A stretch of DNA of 64,000 nt from Oligoflexales bacterium (GCA_045105515.1 JBGCDR010000178.1:1-64000); one strand, 5' to 3'; shown: positions 1-10,366, numbered from the stretch's first letter. Numbers and translations are program-made. The notes: generated from the letters alone by a model not told the origin.

Positions 1-186
1 ATTTATAAAGCATCAAGTTGGCCTTGATAGGACAAAAATAAATTAGTACGAAATAGTTGAATTAACTGATGTGTCGGAAAATTTAAACAAGTAGTTATAC
101 TGACTCAATTAAGAAATAAAAGCATTTCGGTCAATGCTCCAATGTAACTAGGCTAGGGTAGTCTTAGTCTACATTAGCCTGAACGT

Positions 187-1215
187 CTATTTTGCGTTTG
201 AGATGAAATCTTCTATCTGGTTTGCGACGATTTCGGCTTGTTCACGCCAAATAGCTCCGGCACTTTCGGGGATGACTTTGTAAGTAATCTCGGAGTTGAT
301 TTTCCTGAAAACATCAACGGTTTCGGGTTTTTGAAATGCTGGAATAAACTTTGCTGGTCTAAAGACCTTAACACTGTCTCCAACTAGAGCTTGGGTGGGA
401 GTTTTATTGATGTCTAATTTTTTTGTTGCCTTGGCATATGATCGATAAATTAATCCAGAAACGAAAGCATAGGTAATCCATCTTTGACCCAAATTAAGTT
501 GCTGAATTTGCGACTCTTCAACAAGCTTGTCGTCTACCAAAGATACGTCTTTGTATGCGAAAGAGCTATAAAACTTAATGTTTTTTGGAGTGAGAAGTTT
601 GAGATAGGGCTCTACTTCTCCATTTTTGTAACGTTTTTCGAACCTGGTAAATATTCTCTGGAAGAAACTAGGAGCTTTGTTTAATCCTGTGGCCCCAACG
701 GGGGCTAGTGCCGTTAAGCTAGCAAATAGCTCCGGATTTTTACTTGCCACATATAATGCACTGGTTGTTATGGTGCTTGCCGCAACTACATGAGCCGGTT
801 CTTTTATTACTTTTTTAAGGAAGCTTTGAATAAATTTATCTATGACCTTAATATTGTATCTTCGCTTAGGCTTATAACTAGCCCCAACCCCAGGAAGGTC
901 CATGATATAGACTTGGTATCCCTTTGCATCTAACTTGGCAAGCAGTTCTTTATAGCTTCTATGAGAAACACCACCAAAAATTCCGTGAAACAAAACGACA
1001 ATTTCGCCATTATTTTCATCAAGTGGTTTTCGATAAGCAATCTTACCAAACTCGTCAAGGTTTATAGAACTGTCTAATTGACTTTTTAGTTCAGGGCTTT
1101 CTGATAGGGCTTCCTGAGAATTTAGACTAGGGTTATAAAACCTCAAGCTTTTATCTTCAGCAGAGGAATTCCCAGGAAATGAAAATAGTGCGAAAAATAA
1201 TAATATCTTATACAT
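187..1215 (-). CDS. Secreted alpha/beta-fold hydrolase
   Basis: Signal-like N-terminus (MYKILLFFALFSF), VVLFHGIFGG and YIMDLPGVGAS motifs; start moved to ATG 1215 (GAGGG SD upstream). Confidence 0.75.
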   Translation of the reverse strand: MYKILLFFALFSFPGNSSAEDKSLRFYNPSLNSQEALSESPELKSQLDSSINLDEFGKIAYRKPLDENNGEIVVLFHGIFGGVSHRSYKELLAKLDAKGYQVYIMDLPGVGASYKPKRRYNIKVIDKFIQSFLKKVIKEPAHVVAASTITTSALYVASKNPELFASLTALAPVGATGLNKAPSFFQRIFTRFEKRYKNGEVEPYLKLLTPKNIKFYSSFAYKDVSLVDDKLVEESQIQQLNLGQRWITYAFVSGLIYRSYAKATKKLDINKTPTQALVGDSVKVFRPAKFIPAFQKPETVDVFRKINSEITYKVIPESAGAIWREQAEIVANQIEDFISNAK

Positions 1216-1349
1216 ATAAAACCCTCTTACTTGATTTAACAAGCATATTTACGCTATTCATATTCTTATAGTTGGTAACAAAAATAAAAAAAATCTCAAT
1301 GAAGATAAGTTGTTTTTAGGAATAAGTTATGGTGATAGTTTAATAGTAA

Positions 1350-1724
1350 TTAATAATCCTGATCATCTTCGATAAGGGATGCATTGGAAAAATAGAAGTC
1401 TCGCGTTAGGCTTCCAAATAGAGAACACTTTGCAGTGATTGTTATCTTTGCGTTTTCAGGAATCTCAAATTCTTCAAGCGATAACGTTTCCGTTGGAGTA
1501 TTTCCATCTTGATTATCTTTGTTAAATTCGAGAGCTTCACCATTAATATTCACTTCATAACGAGAGATTCGATGGCTGTTACCATCAAAAGTTCGGTGTC
1601 TTAAACTTACAGTAATAGAATTATTATCTGTATCATAGGTAGCTGTCATATCTGCAGGTGGGTGTCCATATGCTTTGATGTTACATATGAAAAATAAAGC
1701 TAGAATTGACACAATCTTTTTCAT
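1350..1724 (-). CDS. Small exported hypothetical protein
   Basis: 124-aa ORF, signal peptide ending AYG-HPP, GAGGGG SD. Confidence 0.65.
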   Translation of the reverse strand: MKKIVSILALFFICNIKAYGHPPADMTATYDTDNNSITVSLRHRTFDGNSHRISRYEVNINGEALEFNKDNQDGNTPTETLSLEEFEIPENAKITITAKCSLFGSLTRDFYFSNASLIEDDQDY

Positions 1725-1846
1725 AATTTCCCCTCGATTTATTGATTATACCGATATGAAAGCTATTACATGAATTGATCTTAGAAAAAAAGTAGGACAA
1801 AAATATGAGTTATTAAGATTGTGATATCTTTGTAGGATATCCCTCT

Positions 1847-2010
1847 TGTCATCACCTCGAACAGAAAGTGAGGGTTTGGTGATCTCTGACGAAGTTTGCC
1901 TAACCACGGATCGTTGCACGACTTGCGTGGCAATGATAATGAGAATGGCAACGTAAGAGCTTGTTGGATATGAAATGGTGCATGTCACCCCGAAGCTTGT
2001 CGAGGGGTCT
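1847..2010. repeat. REP-like composite repeat, copy A
   Basis: 1847-1905 matches 2722-2780 at 48/59 nt (manual alignment); ends in palindromic unit GTCACCCCGAAGCTTGTCGAGGGGTCT (1984-2010). Confidence 0.75.
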
Positions 2011-2036
2011 TTACCAGGAAAGGAATTTTCAACCGT

Positions 2037-2645
2037 TTAATTAGCCTTTCTCAGGCTCAGCTTCATGTTCACTGGCTTATCTTTATTTTCCGGCATGCCT
2101 TCAACTTTTTCTGCACCCATTTTTTGGTAAAATGCCGTAGCAGCTGTGTTGCTTTCTTTAACACCAATTAAAATCCCAGAGATGTTCTTTTGGATTCCAT
2201 CGTTAATCACTTGTCTCATCAACTGGGTTCCTACAGATTTACCTCGGTGCTCAGGGTTCACCAAAAGGTGATGTAGGTTAAAAATATTAATGTTTTCATC
2301 CCACTTTTTAGGAGCCATGTTGTTCTTTATCTTAGATGTAGTTTCCTGTCCAAGTTGTGCATTCCACAAATCAGGCACATAAGCTCGGGTGATGAAGCCA
2401 AGGAGTTTTCCATTCTGAATGGCAATGTATGTCACTTTGCTGTGAGAGGTAACGCTTTGCATGATCTCTTCAATGTTTTCACCATCATGAGTGGCATAGT
2501 GCTCTTCCTCATCGGTTTTGATGAGGTCGATGAGTTGGTCTTTATAATCGGCCGCAAGTTGTTCGCCTAGTTTTTGAACAGATAATTCGCTTGCAAGTAC
2601 AGTGTGCATGTAAAAGCAGGTGATGATAGTTAGTAGGGTTTTCAT
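2037..2645 (-). CDS. GNAT-family N-acetyltransferase with apparent signal peptide
   Basis: LLVNPEHRGKSVGTQLM (motif A) and NTAATAFYQKMG (motif B); hydrophobic N-terminus ending VLA-S. Confidence 0.85.
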   Translation of the reverse strand: MKTLLTIITCFYMHTVLASELSVQKLGEQLAADYKDQLIDLIKTDEEEHYATHDGENIEEIMQSVTSHSKVTYIAIQNGKLLGFITRAYVPDLWNAQLGQETTSKIKNNMAPKKWDENINIFNLHHLLVNPEHRGKSVGTQLMRQVINDGIQKNISGILIGVKESNTAATAFYQKMGAEKVEGMPENKDKPVNMKLSLRKAN

Positions 2646-2677
2646 TTTTTTAATCCTTATTAATGGTTTGTTTTGGA

Positions 2678-2881
2678 GGAGATCCCTCCATGAGCTTTAC
2701 TTAGTCGGATGACAGATTACCTGTTATCACCCTGAACAGAATGTGAGGGTTAGGTGATCTTTGAGTGAGATTGCCTGACCGGGTGTCCATTGCTTATTAG
2801 TAGGAGACCCTTCGGCTTCGCTCAGGGTGACACTTGTTCTACTCAGGATAATAAGTCACCCCGACTGTAATGGAGGGGTCT
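2678..2881. repeat. REP-like composite repeat, copy B, with extra inverted units
   Basis: 2722-2780 direct repeat of copy A; GTCACCCCGACTGTAATGGAGGGGTCT at 2855-2881; inverted unit GTCACCCTGAGCGAAGCCGAAGGGTCT at 2805-2831 (- strand); a further TGTCATCC...GGGATCT unit near 2680-2714 (- strand). Confidence 0.75.
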
Positions 2882-2893
2882 ACCTCAAGATAC

Positions 2894-2922
2894 AAAAAAA
2901 GCCCGGTCGTTAAACCGAGCTT
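2894..2922 (-). terminator. Intrinsic terminator after tRNA-fMet
   Basis: Minus strand GCTCGGT-ttaacg-ACCGGGC hairpin followed by T7. Confidence 0.8.
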
Positions 2923-2936
2923 CTTAGTGCTATATT

Positions 2937-3013
2937 TGGTAGCGGGGGCAGGATTTGAACCTGCGATCTTCGGGTTATGAGCCCGACGAGATACCGTACT
3001 TCTCCACCCCGCG
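2937..3013 (-). tRNA. tRNA-fMet (initiator, CAT)
   Basis: CGCGGGG...GGGCTCATAACCC...GGTTCAAATCC...GCTACCA; C1:A72 mismatch, three consecutive G:C pairs in anticodon stem, encoded CCA. Confidence 0.97.
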
Positions 3014-3026
3014 TCAGGTAGTTACG

Positions 3027-3055
3027 GTTATAAGAGCACTGATTTGAAAAGTCAA
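3027..3055 (-). promoter_or_regulatory. sigma70-type promoter for tRNA-fMet
   Basis: TTGACT-N17-TATAAC on minus strand, 13 nt upstream of the tRNA. Confidence 0.7.
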
Positions 3056-3129
3056 GGTCAAAGCCAAATAAAATTATAGCGGCTCTGTTCTAAATGATTC
3101 GTTCCTTAATAGTACCTAGCATTTCAATA

Positions 3130-5394
3130 CTAGATCATATTTAAGGATGAACCAGCCTTAAACCATTCGATTTGCTCAGCATTGTAAGAGTGCATCGCTT
3201 CAATTTTCTCTTCGCTGCCATCAGGATGCTTGATTTTCAGAGTAAGGCTCTTTCCCGGGCTAAATGAATCGAGATTATGTACCGAGAGCTTATCAGTTTC
3301 TTGGATTTTTTCGTAATCGCTAGGGTTGGCAAAGGTTAGGGCAAGCACCCCTTGCTTTTTAAGGTTTGTTTCATGAATCCGCGCAAAGCTTTTAACAATA
3401 ACCGTGCTGGCCCCTAGATAGCGTGGCGACATCGCTGCATGTTCACGGCTCGATCCTTCGCCATAGTTGTCGTCGCCGACAATTACCCAGGGTTTTCCTG
3501 ATTCTTTGTACTTGCGAGCAATTGCAGAGAGACCCTCGCCTTTTTCCCCTGTGAGCTGGTTTAGTCCCTGCCCAGCCTCACCTCCGGCAAAGTTATTAGC
3601 GCCAAGAAGCATGTTGTCGCTAATATTGTTGAGGTGCCCTCTAAACCGAAGCCATTTTCCAGCTGGTGAAATATGATCTGTCGTACATTTACCCTTAACT
3701 TTTACTAGCAACAGATGATCTTGAAAGTCCTGGCCATTCCATTTTTTGAACGGAGCAAGTAACTCAAGCCTCTCACTAGATGGTTTGACTACCACTTCCA
3801 CGCCATCGCCGTTTTCTGCAGGCTCAAGGAAGCCAGAACGATCTTTAACAAAGCCATTTTCTGGAAGTTCAGGCGCATTCGGGGTGGTAAGCAACACTTG
3901 TTTACCGTCTGGTGTTTTTACCTGGTCCGTAGCAGGGTTAAAGCCTAGGTCTGCAGTAATTGCATATGCAACCACCATTTCTGGGCTACTGATAAAACCT
4001 AAGGTTTCTTTGTTAGCGTCGTTGCGCCCACGGAAATTCCGGTTAAATGAAGTTACAATCGAATTGCTTTCCCCATCCTTAATGTCATCACGTTTCCACT
4101 GGCCGATGCAGGGGCCGCAGGCATTGGCGAGAACTGTTCCGCCGAATTCTTCGAGAGTTTGGAGTAGGCCATCACGCTTAATTGTGGCAAAAATTTGCAT
4201 AGAGCCCGGTGAAATAAAGAAAGGAACTTTAGACTTAATACCGTGCTTCATCGCCTCTTTAGCCACCGATGCTGCCTTGTAAATATCTTCGTAGGAAGAG
4301 TTGGTGCAGCTTCCAATAAGACAGGCGCTGATATTTTGTGGGTATGATTTTTCTTTCGCCTCAGGCCCGAGTTTTGAAACTGGTCTAGCCAAGTCTGGGG
4401 AGTGAGGCCCCACTATGTATGGTTCAAGTTTATCTAGGTCAATTTCGATTACTTCATCATAGAACTTCTTAGGGTCGGCAAGCACTTCAGGGTCAGGACG
4501 AAGGCAATCATTGAATTGATTGGCTAGCTCTGCAATATCGGCGCGTTCAGTTTCTTTAAGATAAGCCGCCATCGCCTTATCGTAGGCAAAAACCGATGTG
4601 GTAGCACCCAACTCAGCTCCCATGTTGGTAATGGTGCCTTTACCAGTACAACTAATGCTTTCTGCTCCGTCGCCAATATACTCTACAATCTTATTGGTGC
4701 CGCCTTTTACGGTTAGGATTTCGAGTACTTTAAGAATGACATCCTTGGGAGCACTCCAGCCCTTTAGTTTGCCACTTAGTTTGACGGCAACTACCTTTGG
4801 ATTAAGAAGTTCCCAAGGCTTGCCTGCCATAACATCAACTGCATCCGCTCCACCTACACCGATGGCCAGCATTCCTAAGCCCCCAGCATTAGGGGTATGT
4901 GAGTCGGTGCCGATCATAAGTGCACCAGGATAGGCATAGTTTTCTAAAACCACTTGATGAATGATCCCTGAGCCAGGTCCCCAAAAACCTAGGCCGTATT
5001 TCTGCGATGAGCTGCGTAGAAATTCAAATACTTCTGCATTCTCATCATTGGCAACCTTCATATCTTTGTCTGAGCCCATGTGTGCCCTGATCAGATGGTC
5101 GCAGTGGACAGTGCTTGGCACAGCAACCTGTTTTTTGCCAGATTGGATAAATTGTAAAATTGCCATTTGTGCGGTTGCGTCCTGCATTGCAACACGGTCG
5201 GGGTGCAATAGTATAAAACTTTTACCACGTTCGAGACTCTTTAAGTCAGAATCCTCCCGAAGGTGGCTAAATAGGATTTTTTCTGCAAGGGTTAGAGGGC
5301 GTCCTAGTTGTTTGCGGTAGTGGGGAAGTTTTTCTTTTAATTGTTCATACTGTTTTTTGACGCTCTCTACTTGTGTCGCTACTCTCGATTTCAT
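3130..5394 (-). CDS. acnA: Aconitate hydratase (mitochondrial-type aconitase subfamily)
   Basis: [64 protein letters not shown] motifs; 754 aa. Confidence 0.95.
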   Translation of the reverse strand: MKSRVATQVESVKKQYEQLKEKLPHYRKQLGRPLTLAEKILFSHLREDSDLKSLERGKSFILLHPDRVAMQDATAQMAILQFIQSGKKQVAVPSTVHCDHLIRAHMGSDKDMKVANDENAEVFEFLRSSSQKYGLGFWGPGSGIIHQVVLENYAYPGALMIGTDSHTPNAGGLGMLAIGVGGADAVDVMAGKPWELLNPKVVAVKLSGKLKGWSAPKDVILKVLEILTVKGGTNKIVEYIGDGAESISCTGKGTITNMGAELGATTSVFAYDKAMAAYLKETERADIAELANQFNDCLRPDPEVLADPKKFYDEVIEIDLDKLEPYIVGPHSPDLARPVSKLGPEAKEKSYPQNISACLIGSCTNSSYEDIYKAASVAKEAMKHGIKSKVPFFISPGSMQIFATIKRDGLLQTLEEFGGTVLANACGPCIGQWKRDDIKDGESNSIVTSFNRNFRGRNDANKETLGFISSPEMVVAYAITADLGFNPATDQVKTPDGKQVLLTTPNAPELPENGFVKDRSGFLEPAENGDGVEVVVKPSSERLELLAPFKKWNGQDFQDHLLLVKVKGKCTTDHISPAGKWLRFRGHLNNISDNMLLGANNFAGGEAGQGLNQLTGEKGEGLSAIARKYKESGKPWVIVGDDNYGEGSSREHAAMSPRYLGASTVIVKSFARIHETNLKKQGVLALTFANPSDYEKIQETDKLSVHNLDSFSPGKSLTLKIKHPDGSEEKIEAMHSYNAEQIEWFKAGSSLNMI

Positions 5395-5422
5395 AATTAC
5401 ACCTCGGAAGTAAGTTGGTGGT

Positions 5423-6025
5423 TTAGGGTGCGTGAAGCTTTTGAGCTAGCTGGTTAATTTTTACAGCTAAATCGGAATATAGATCACCTTCTGGCAGATT
5501 CAGCTCCTGCACCTTCTTTCCTTCTAATATATTGTCGATACTGTCTATGAGTTTTTGTTTTGAGTTATTGTCTCCTTGTTGAATCTGATTGGCATACTTC
5601 TTAGTTAGTAAATTTAGTTTACTTACCAGCTCTTGAAGTTGGTCTGATGATCGCAATTTTATAGAGGAAGGCTCCTTCCCCGCTAGGAGATCATCGAGAA
5701 AACGCAAAATTGAAACCATTGGACCATATATTTGATGCGTATATCTTGCAGACATAAACAGGGTTGTTGCAATAAAAAAAATGATAAGTATCAGCCCTAT
5801 AATGGCTGGTCTGCCAATTTTTGCTAATGTCATCACACTTTGATTTTTATCTAGCTGAAAATAGAAAGATAGTGACTCATAGATATCCCAGAGATAATAG
5901 CCAAAAATACCAAATAACAAAGTAGAAAAAACTAGATTAATTACGAGAAACATTAATCCGAATCGTAGTTGTTTGTATGGCTCTATTAAGATTACACCAC
6001 GTCGCGTTGCTTTTACCTTTACCAT
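5423..6025 (-). CDS. Two-TM membrane protein with HAMP-like segment
   Basis: Two hydrophobic helices then [11 protein letters not shown]...[10 protein letters not shown]; start ATG 6025 with AAGGG SD. Confidence 0.65.
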   Translation of the reverse strand: MVKVKATRRGVILIEPYKQLRFGLMFLVINLVFSTLLFGIFGYYLWDIYESLSFYFQLDKNQSVMTLAKIGRPAIIGLILIIFFIATTLFMSARYTHQIYGPMVSILRFLDDLLAGKEPSSIKLRSSDQLQELVSKLNLLTKKYANQIQQGDNNSKQKLIDSIDNILEGKKVQELNLPEGDLYSDLAVKINQLAQKLHAP

Positions 6026-6072
6026 ACTTAAAACCCTTATCAAAGTTTTGATACGCAAATGCCTCATAGGCA

Positions 6073-6207
6073 TAGATGTCTTTGCTCACCCACCTTCTCT
6101 TTCTCTTGGAGGGAAGAGGAATAAATGCCTCTGCCCGAGGCTACGGTAGGTTTACTATCATAAATTGTAACACTACCGAGGGCTCTGATGAGTGAGCCAC
6201 AAATCTA
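6073..6207 (-). ncRNA. Candidate structured RNA, family not recognised
   Basis: 11-bp closing stem GCTCACTCATC/GGTGGGTGAGC enclosing hairpins CGGTAG/CTACCG and GCCTC/GAGGC plus a purine/pyrimidine hairpin. Confidence 0.35.
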
Positions 6208-6290
6208 CGATCTCTTTATTCATGGATCTATGGGGCTATGATAGTTTGCAATCTTTATAAGATAAGGGCAAGTTAACCAGGCTTTAAAGT

Positions 6291-7034
6291 CTAGTGTGTA
6301 TCAGGTTTAAGAGAGCGGCAACTAAGCAGGCTTGCTGCAGCAATTGTGGCGGTATATGCCCTGAGCACGTGAGACCCAAGCTTCTGGCAGCGCAGCTTGC
6401 GAGCACCTAAGAGAGCTAATTCCGCATGGGAAAATCCCTTTTCACCCCCGATGATTGCGCAGATTGATTTGCAAGTTCCAGGGTTTAAATGATTCAAAAA
6501 CGGTTCCGTTCCTGAAGCGTCTAGCACAATAGACTCTGAGTAGAGCTCATCTAGTTGGTCGACCATAGTTTTCATATTAGGCCAGGTCTTGATTTTAGGC
6601 AGATAGTTGCGTTTGCACTGTTTTACAGCAGTTAAAATGATCTTATGCCAACGTTTGACGGCCTTATCAGTGATACGGCTTTTTTCAGTCTGGTCGGTCA
6701 AGAAAACGTGAATAGAACTGATCCCAAGTTCTGTAAGGCTGGGTAAGAGTTCGTCGATAAATCCAGGCTTTAATGCACCGAGAGCAATGGCATTCTCATG
6801 CTCCTCTCTCTCATAGTGAAGGGGGCTTGCCATAACGACAGCCTTGCTACGGTCAAGGAAGCTAATTTTGCCACTTGCACTATGTCCTTTGCCATCAAAA
6901 ACTTCAACATTTGTATTTTCGGGAAGTTTTAAGACTTTTCTTAAATGATGGTGCTCGTCTCCGGCAATCTCCCATTCTTGGTTTTTGGAACTGGGGTGAT
7001 TGCAGCTTCCTAAAAAACGAAAAGTATGTTTCAT
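6291..7034 (-). CDS. rsmE: 16S rRNA m3U1498 methyltransferase
   Basis: HHLRKVLKL, ELGI, AVKQCKR, IIGGEKGFS, LGSHVLRAYTA; ATGA overlap with prmA stop. Confidence 0.9.
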   Translation of the reverse strand: MKHTFRFLGSCNHPSSKNQEWEIAGDEHHHLRKVLKLPENTNVEVFDGKGHSASGKISFLDRSKAVVMASPLHYEREEHENAIALGALKPGFIDELLPSLTELGISSIHVFLTDQTEKSRITDKAVKRWHKIILTAVKQCKRNYLPKIKTWPNMKTMVDQLDELYSESIVLDASGTEPFLNHLNPGTCKSICAIIGGEKGFSHAELALLGARKLRCQKLGSHVLRAYTATIAAASLLSCRSLKPDTH

Positions 7035-7987
7035 AGCTTTTCCAAACATAGACAGGACCAATCAGACTGCTCCCATTCTTGAACACAGCTAAGGCCATGT
7101 TCTCGAGCATGCTCAAGCATCTGAGCTTTTTGCTCAACTAGAAGACCTGAAAGAATGAGTTTACCTTTTGGAGCTAATTCAGCAGCAAGGTCCGCAATGA
7201 TTTTGCTCAAGACTACAAATAGTATATTTGCTACAACTAAATCGTATGCTCCAGTGCCTTCATCGGTTTTGAAATCTCTGCTGGGGATACTTCCTTTCCA
7301 GACTGAGAAAGGAACTTGATTTGCCTTAGCATTAGCTTTGCTTGCTAGGACAGAGTTTGGATCAATATCACAAGCATGTACGGTTGAAAATCCAATTTTT
7401 TTAGCAGCAATTGCCAATACTCCTGAGCCTGTGCCTACATCGAGAAGTCGTAAGTTTTTATTTGTGTTTGCATATGATTTAAAAGTTTCTAGAGCTTTCA
7501 AACACACCTGAGTAGTTGCGTGTTGCCCGGTACCAAATGCCATTCCAGGATCTATGATGAGAGGAATTAGAGAGCTTCCTGGCTGTGGCCCTTGTTCCCA
7601 TGGAGGGTATAAATAAAAACATTTAGTATGGATCGGTTTAAAACTTTGTTTCCAACCCTCGAGCCAAACACTGGTTTCCATGCTCTTCTCTTGGCTTTTT
7701 ATGCCTGTGGGAAAATTTTGCATAAGCCGTGCATGGAGGCTTTGGAGATGTTCGATATCATAACTGTAAACACTAATTGGGCTGAGGTCACCGCCTAGCT
7801 CTTGATAAAAATTGCGTTCACTATCAACAAATTCATGATCAATATCAAGGTCCTCTAGGGAGCCTTCTACAAAACTTTTCTCACCTTGAGCAAAGAGCCA
7901 TGATTTTACTTGTTCTTTGAGATGAATGCATTGATGTGGCTCTTTAGGGAAGGGAATATATAATTCGAAAGTATGCTTAGGGGCCAT
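7031..7987 (-). CDS. prmA: Ribosomal protein L11 methyltransferase
   Basis: IDPGMAFGTGQHATT, LDVGTGSGVLAI, DLVVANIL, LILSGLL; prmA-rsmE synteny. Confidence 0.95.
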   Translation of the reverse strand: MAPKHTFELYIPFPKEPHQCIHLKEQVKSWLFAQGEKSFVEGSLEDLDIDHEFVDSERNFYQELGGDLSPISVYSYDIEHLQSLHARLMQNFPTGIKSQEKSMETSVWLEGWKQSFKPIHTKCFYLYPPWEQGPQPGSSLIPLIIDPGMAFGTGQHATTQVCLKALETFKSYANTNKNLRLLDVGTGSGVLAIAAKKIGFSTVHACDIDPNSVLASKANAKANQVPFSVWKGSIPSRDFKTDEGTGAYDLVVANILFVVLSKIIADLAAELAPKGKLILSGLLVEQKAQMLEHAREHGLSCVQEWEQSDWSCLCLEKL

Positions 7988-8002
7988 GTTTTTTCCTTAG
8001 AA

Positions 8003-9823
8003 TCAGAATCCGTATCTAACTTGATGAAATACCATTGGATGTAAAGGTGCATCTTGATTCCAAAAGTAAAATCCAGTGTAATTTACCTTTTTTAGATCTG
8101 CTTTATCTTGGATTGTTCTAGCTTTTTTAACCTCCCCTAGTAGATAATAAGCTGATGCTTTCAATTCCAATACTTCTGGTTGCTCTTGCTGTTTTTCAAA
8201 ACGTTTCTTTATCATCCTAAGCAGTTCTTTTGGTTTTTTTGCTATGAGCAATAATTCTGCTTTTAGCATGTCTGCCCAAAAATTTTTCTCATTCATTTGC
8301 TGGACTCGAAGACGTTTGAGGGCTCTCAAAATCTTTTCAGCTTCTCGGTATTGCTTTAGCTGAATCGAGGCCTTTGCTTTACCATAGAGACTTTGCCAAT
8401 TCAATTGCTCCTTTGAACTCTTCTCAAAATAGCCTTTGGCTTGTTTTAATTGGACCATATTCTTAGAACCAAGTAGCAGGAGTGCAACCCCGTTTAAGTG
8501 CATGTAGACATGGCCTTGAATACTCGTTTCCCAAGATTCTTGCAGGTACTCAGATGCTTTTAAATGCTGTTCTGCTGCGATTAGGGTACGGGACTTAAGA
8601 ACCTGAAGCTCGTAAAGATATTTAGGGTCTGGTTTAAAGTCCTTGTACTTGCGCAAGGTCCAATCGATAATTGGTAATAACTTTTTTGCAGAGGAATAAC
8701 GAATGACTAAGGGGGTGAGCATTCGTATTACCCTGTAATCACTTAAGAATATAAGTTTTGAGTCTCTTGAGTTCAATAGTGTATTTAAGGTGGTGCTTTG
8801 TTGATTTACATTAGACAAACGCTTAAGTGCTGAGAGTTTATAATACCAATTGTACTCTTCTCCTACCGTAGTCTTCGCTGCTTGATCCACAAGTCCTGGA
8901 ATTGCATCAAATTGTCGATTGGCAAATAGAGCAAGGGTCCACTCATAAAATAATAGTTTTAAGAGGGCATGTCTATTTTTTTGCAGTGCATTCATTGCCG
9001 AATAAAAACGCTGATTTATCACCTCGATTTCGGATATACGTGAAGCTGCGATAGCTCCAGCAAAATGAATAAAAAAACCTAATTGCTGCTGTTTCTTCAC
9101 ATGTTTTTTTGAGCTAGTACTGTGCAATTTACTCAGGTAATTGTATGCCTCATCAGCTGCAACAGCCTTGCTTCCAGTAAAACTTAATAGGACGAGCTTT
9201 CCGACACAACTAGCAGAGTAATCCCACTCTTTGCAGTAGTTTTTCGTGATATTATGAGCCATTTTAAACTTTAGTTGGGCCACCAAGCTTAAAATCAGCG
9301 TAATAAATGCCTGTCCTTTTTCACCTCCTCCTTTCAACTCATTTAATTCAGCTTCAGAGTATTCACTGAGGCTTTCAAAAAAAGGGCTAAGCATTGAAAA
9401 TGATTGAAAGTACTGCCCAGTTAATAAAAAACACTCAGACATTTGAACACTTTGTGTCAAACTTAGTTTTTTAGTTACTTGCAAACCCTTCAAACCAATT
9501 TGGGTCAGATCTTTGCAGTCCCCAGCTTCTGCAGCTTGCCTGAGGTTTAGACTATTTTGTTTTTTTATGGCAGTGCTGTTGTATTGAGGGATAAGCAGCG
9601 TTACAAGCTCTTGGAAGGGAGCCTTTATTAATTCAGGTCTGGTAAGTGCGGTAAAAGAAATTGCAATGAAGCATGCAGCAACAGAAGTAAGAGTTAGCAA
9701 TTTGCGAAGAACATATCGATCTGATTTATTAAGGTGTTTTGACGATAGTTTCTTTCTATTTGAATTTCTATCACCTAATCCATTCATACAGCGCCACCCT
9801 CTATCTTCGTCTACATATTCCAT
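8003..9823 (-). CDS. Membrane-anchored helical-repeat (TPR-like) hypothetical protein
   Basis: 606 aa, one N-terminal TM helix, TPR-like A/L/Y periodicity in the C-terminal half. Confidence 0.55.
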   Translation of the reverse strand: MEYVDEDRGWRCMNGLGDRNSNRKKLSSKHLNKSDRYVLRKLLTLTSVAACFIAISFTALTRPELIKAPFQELVTLLIPQYNSTAIKKQNSLNLRQAAEAGDCKDLTQIGLKGLQVTKKLSLTQSVQMSECFLLTGQYFQSFSMLSPFFESLSEYSEAELNELKGGGEKGQAFITLILSLVAQLKFKMAHNITKNYCKEWDYSASCVGKLVLLSFTGSKAVAADEAYNYLSKLHSTSSKKHVKKQQQLGFFIHFAGAIAASRISEIEVINQRFYSAMNALQKNRHALLKLLFYEWTLALFANRQFDAIPGLVDQAAKTTVGEEYNWYYKLSALKRLSNVNQQSTTLNTLLNSRDSKLIFLSDYRVIRMLTPLVIRYSSAKKLLPIIDWTLRKYKDFKPDPKYLYELQVLKSRTLIAAEQHLKASEYLQESWETSIQGHVYMHLNGVALLLLGSKNMVQLKQAKGYFEKSSKEQLNWQSLYGKAKASIQLKQYREAEKILRALKRLRVQQMNEKNFWADMLKAELLLIAKKPKELLRMIKKRFEKQQEQPEVLELKASAYYLLGEVKKARTIQDKADLKKVNYTGFYFWNQDAPLHPMVFHQVRYGF

Positions 9824-9859
9824 TCGGAATTTGCTGGCGTTGTTGTAGGCCTTCGGTAA

Positions 9860-10366
9860 TTATTTGCCTTTGCGAGAAAATGTTACGTTGAAGTAACCTT
9901 TTAGAGGCAAGCCATTTAAAGTGGCATCAGCAGGGCTTTCTTCTATTCGCAGGATTTCCCTGCGGTAGGTGTCACGAACATGCGAATGTATTTCTTTTGC
10001 CAACACACCCCCTTCAGGGCCACTATGACGGCCTTTTCCAGTGATGATTTTACATGTGAAGATCCTTGCCCCTTCTTTCAGCAGGTTTTGAATATAGCAA
10101 TCAACCTGGTAGATAGCATCTGCCAAAGCATATCCATGCAAGTCAATTTGTAATTCTCGAGCTTTAGATTTGCTGTTTCTTGATGGTTTTGCCGGTTCAG
10201 ATTCTTCTGGTTTTGCTTCTTTTTCCGACAAAACTGCAAGTGGGTCCATCGCATCTAGGTAGGAGCTAAATAGTTCATCAGCATCCTCTTCCAGGTCAAA
10301 GTTGACTCCACGCTCGGTTGGACCAGATAATTCTCTGATATTTTTGTTTTTTCTTTTTTTTCCCAT
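9860..10366 (-). CDS. Smr/MutS2 domain endonuclease
   Basis: QIDLHGY and IITGKGRHS Smr motifs. Confidence 0.88.
   Translation of the reverse strand: MGKKRKNKNIRELSGPTERGVNFDLEEDADELFSSYLDAMDPLAVLSEKEAKPEESEPAKPSRNSKSKARELQIDLHGYALADAIYQVDCYIQNLLKEGARIFTCKIITGKGRHSGPEGGVLAKEIHSHVRDTYRREILRIEESPADATLNGLPLKGYFNVTFSRKGK

Noticed and set aside
1746..1988. 80-aa ORF
   Set aside because: Runs through the REP-like repeat; no protein-like features
3467..5320. Plus-strand ORFs of 69-178 aa
   Set aside because: Antisense shadows of the aconitase gene
6185..6191. Hammerhead ribozyme core CTGATGA, or SAM-I riboswitch (CTCATCAGAG on minus strand)
   Set aside because: No matching GAAA core strand after a stem II; SAM-I kink-turn and GCAAC elements are not present
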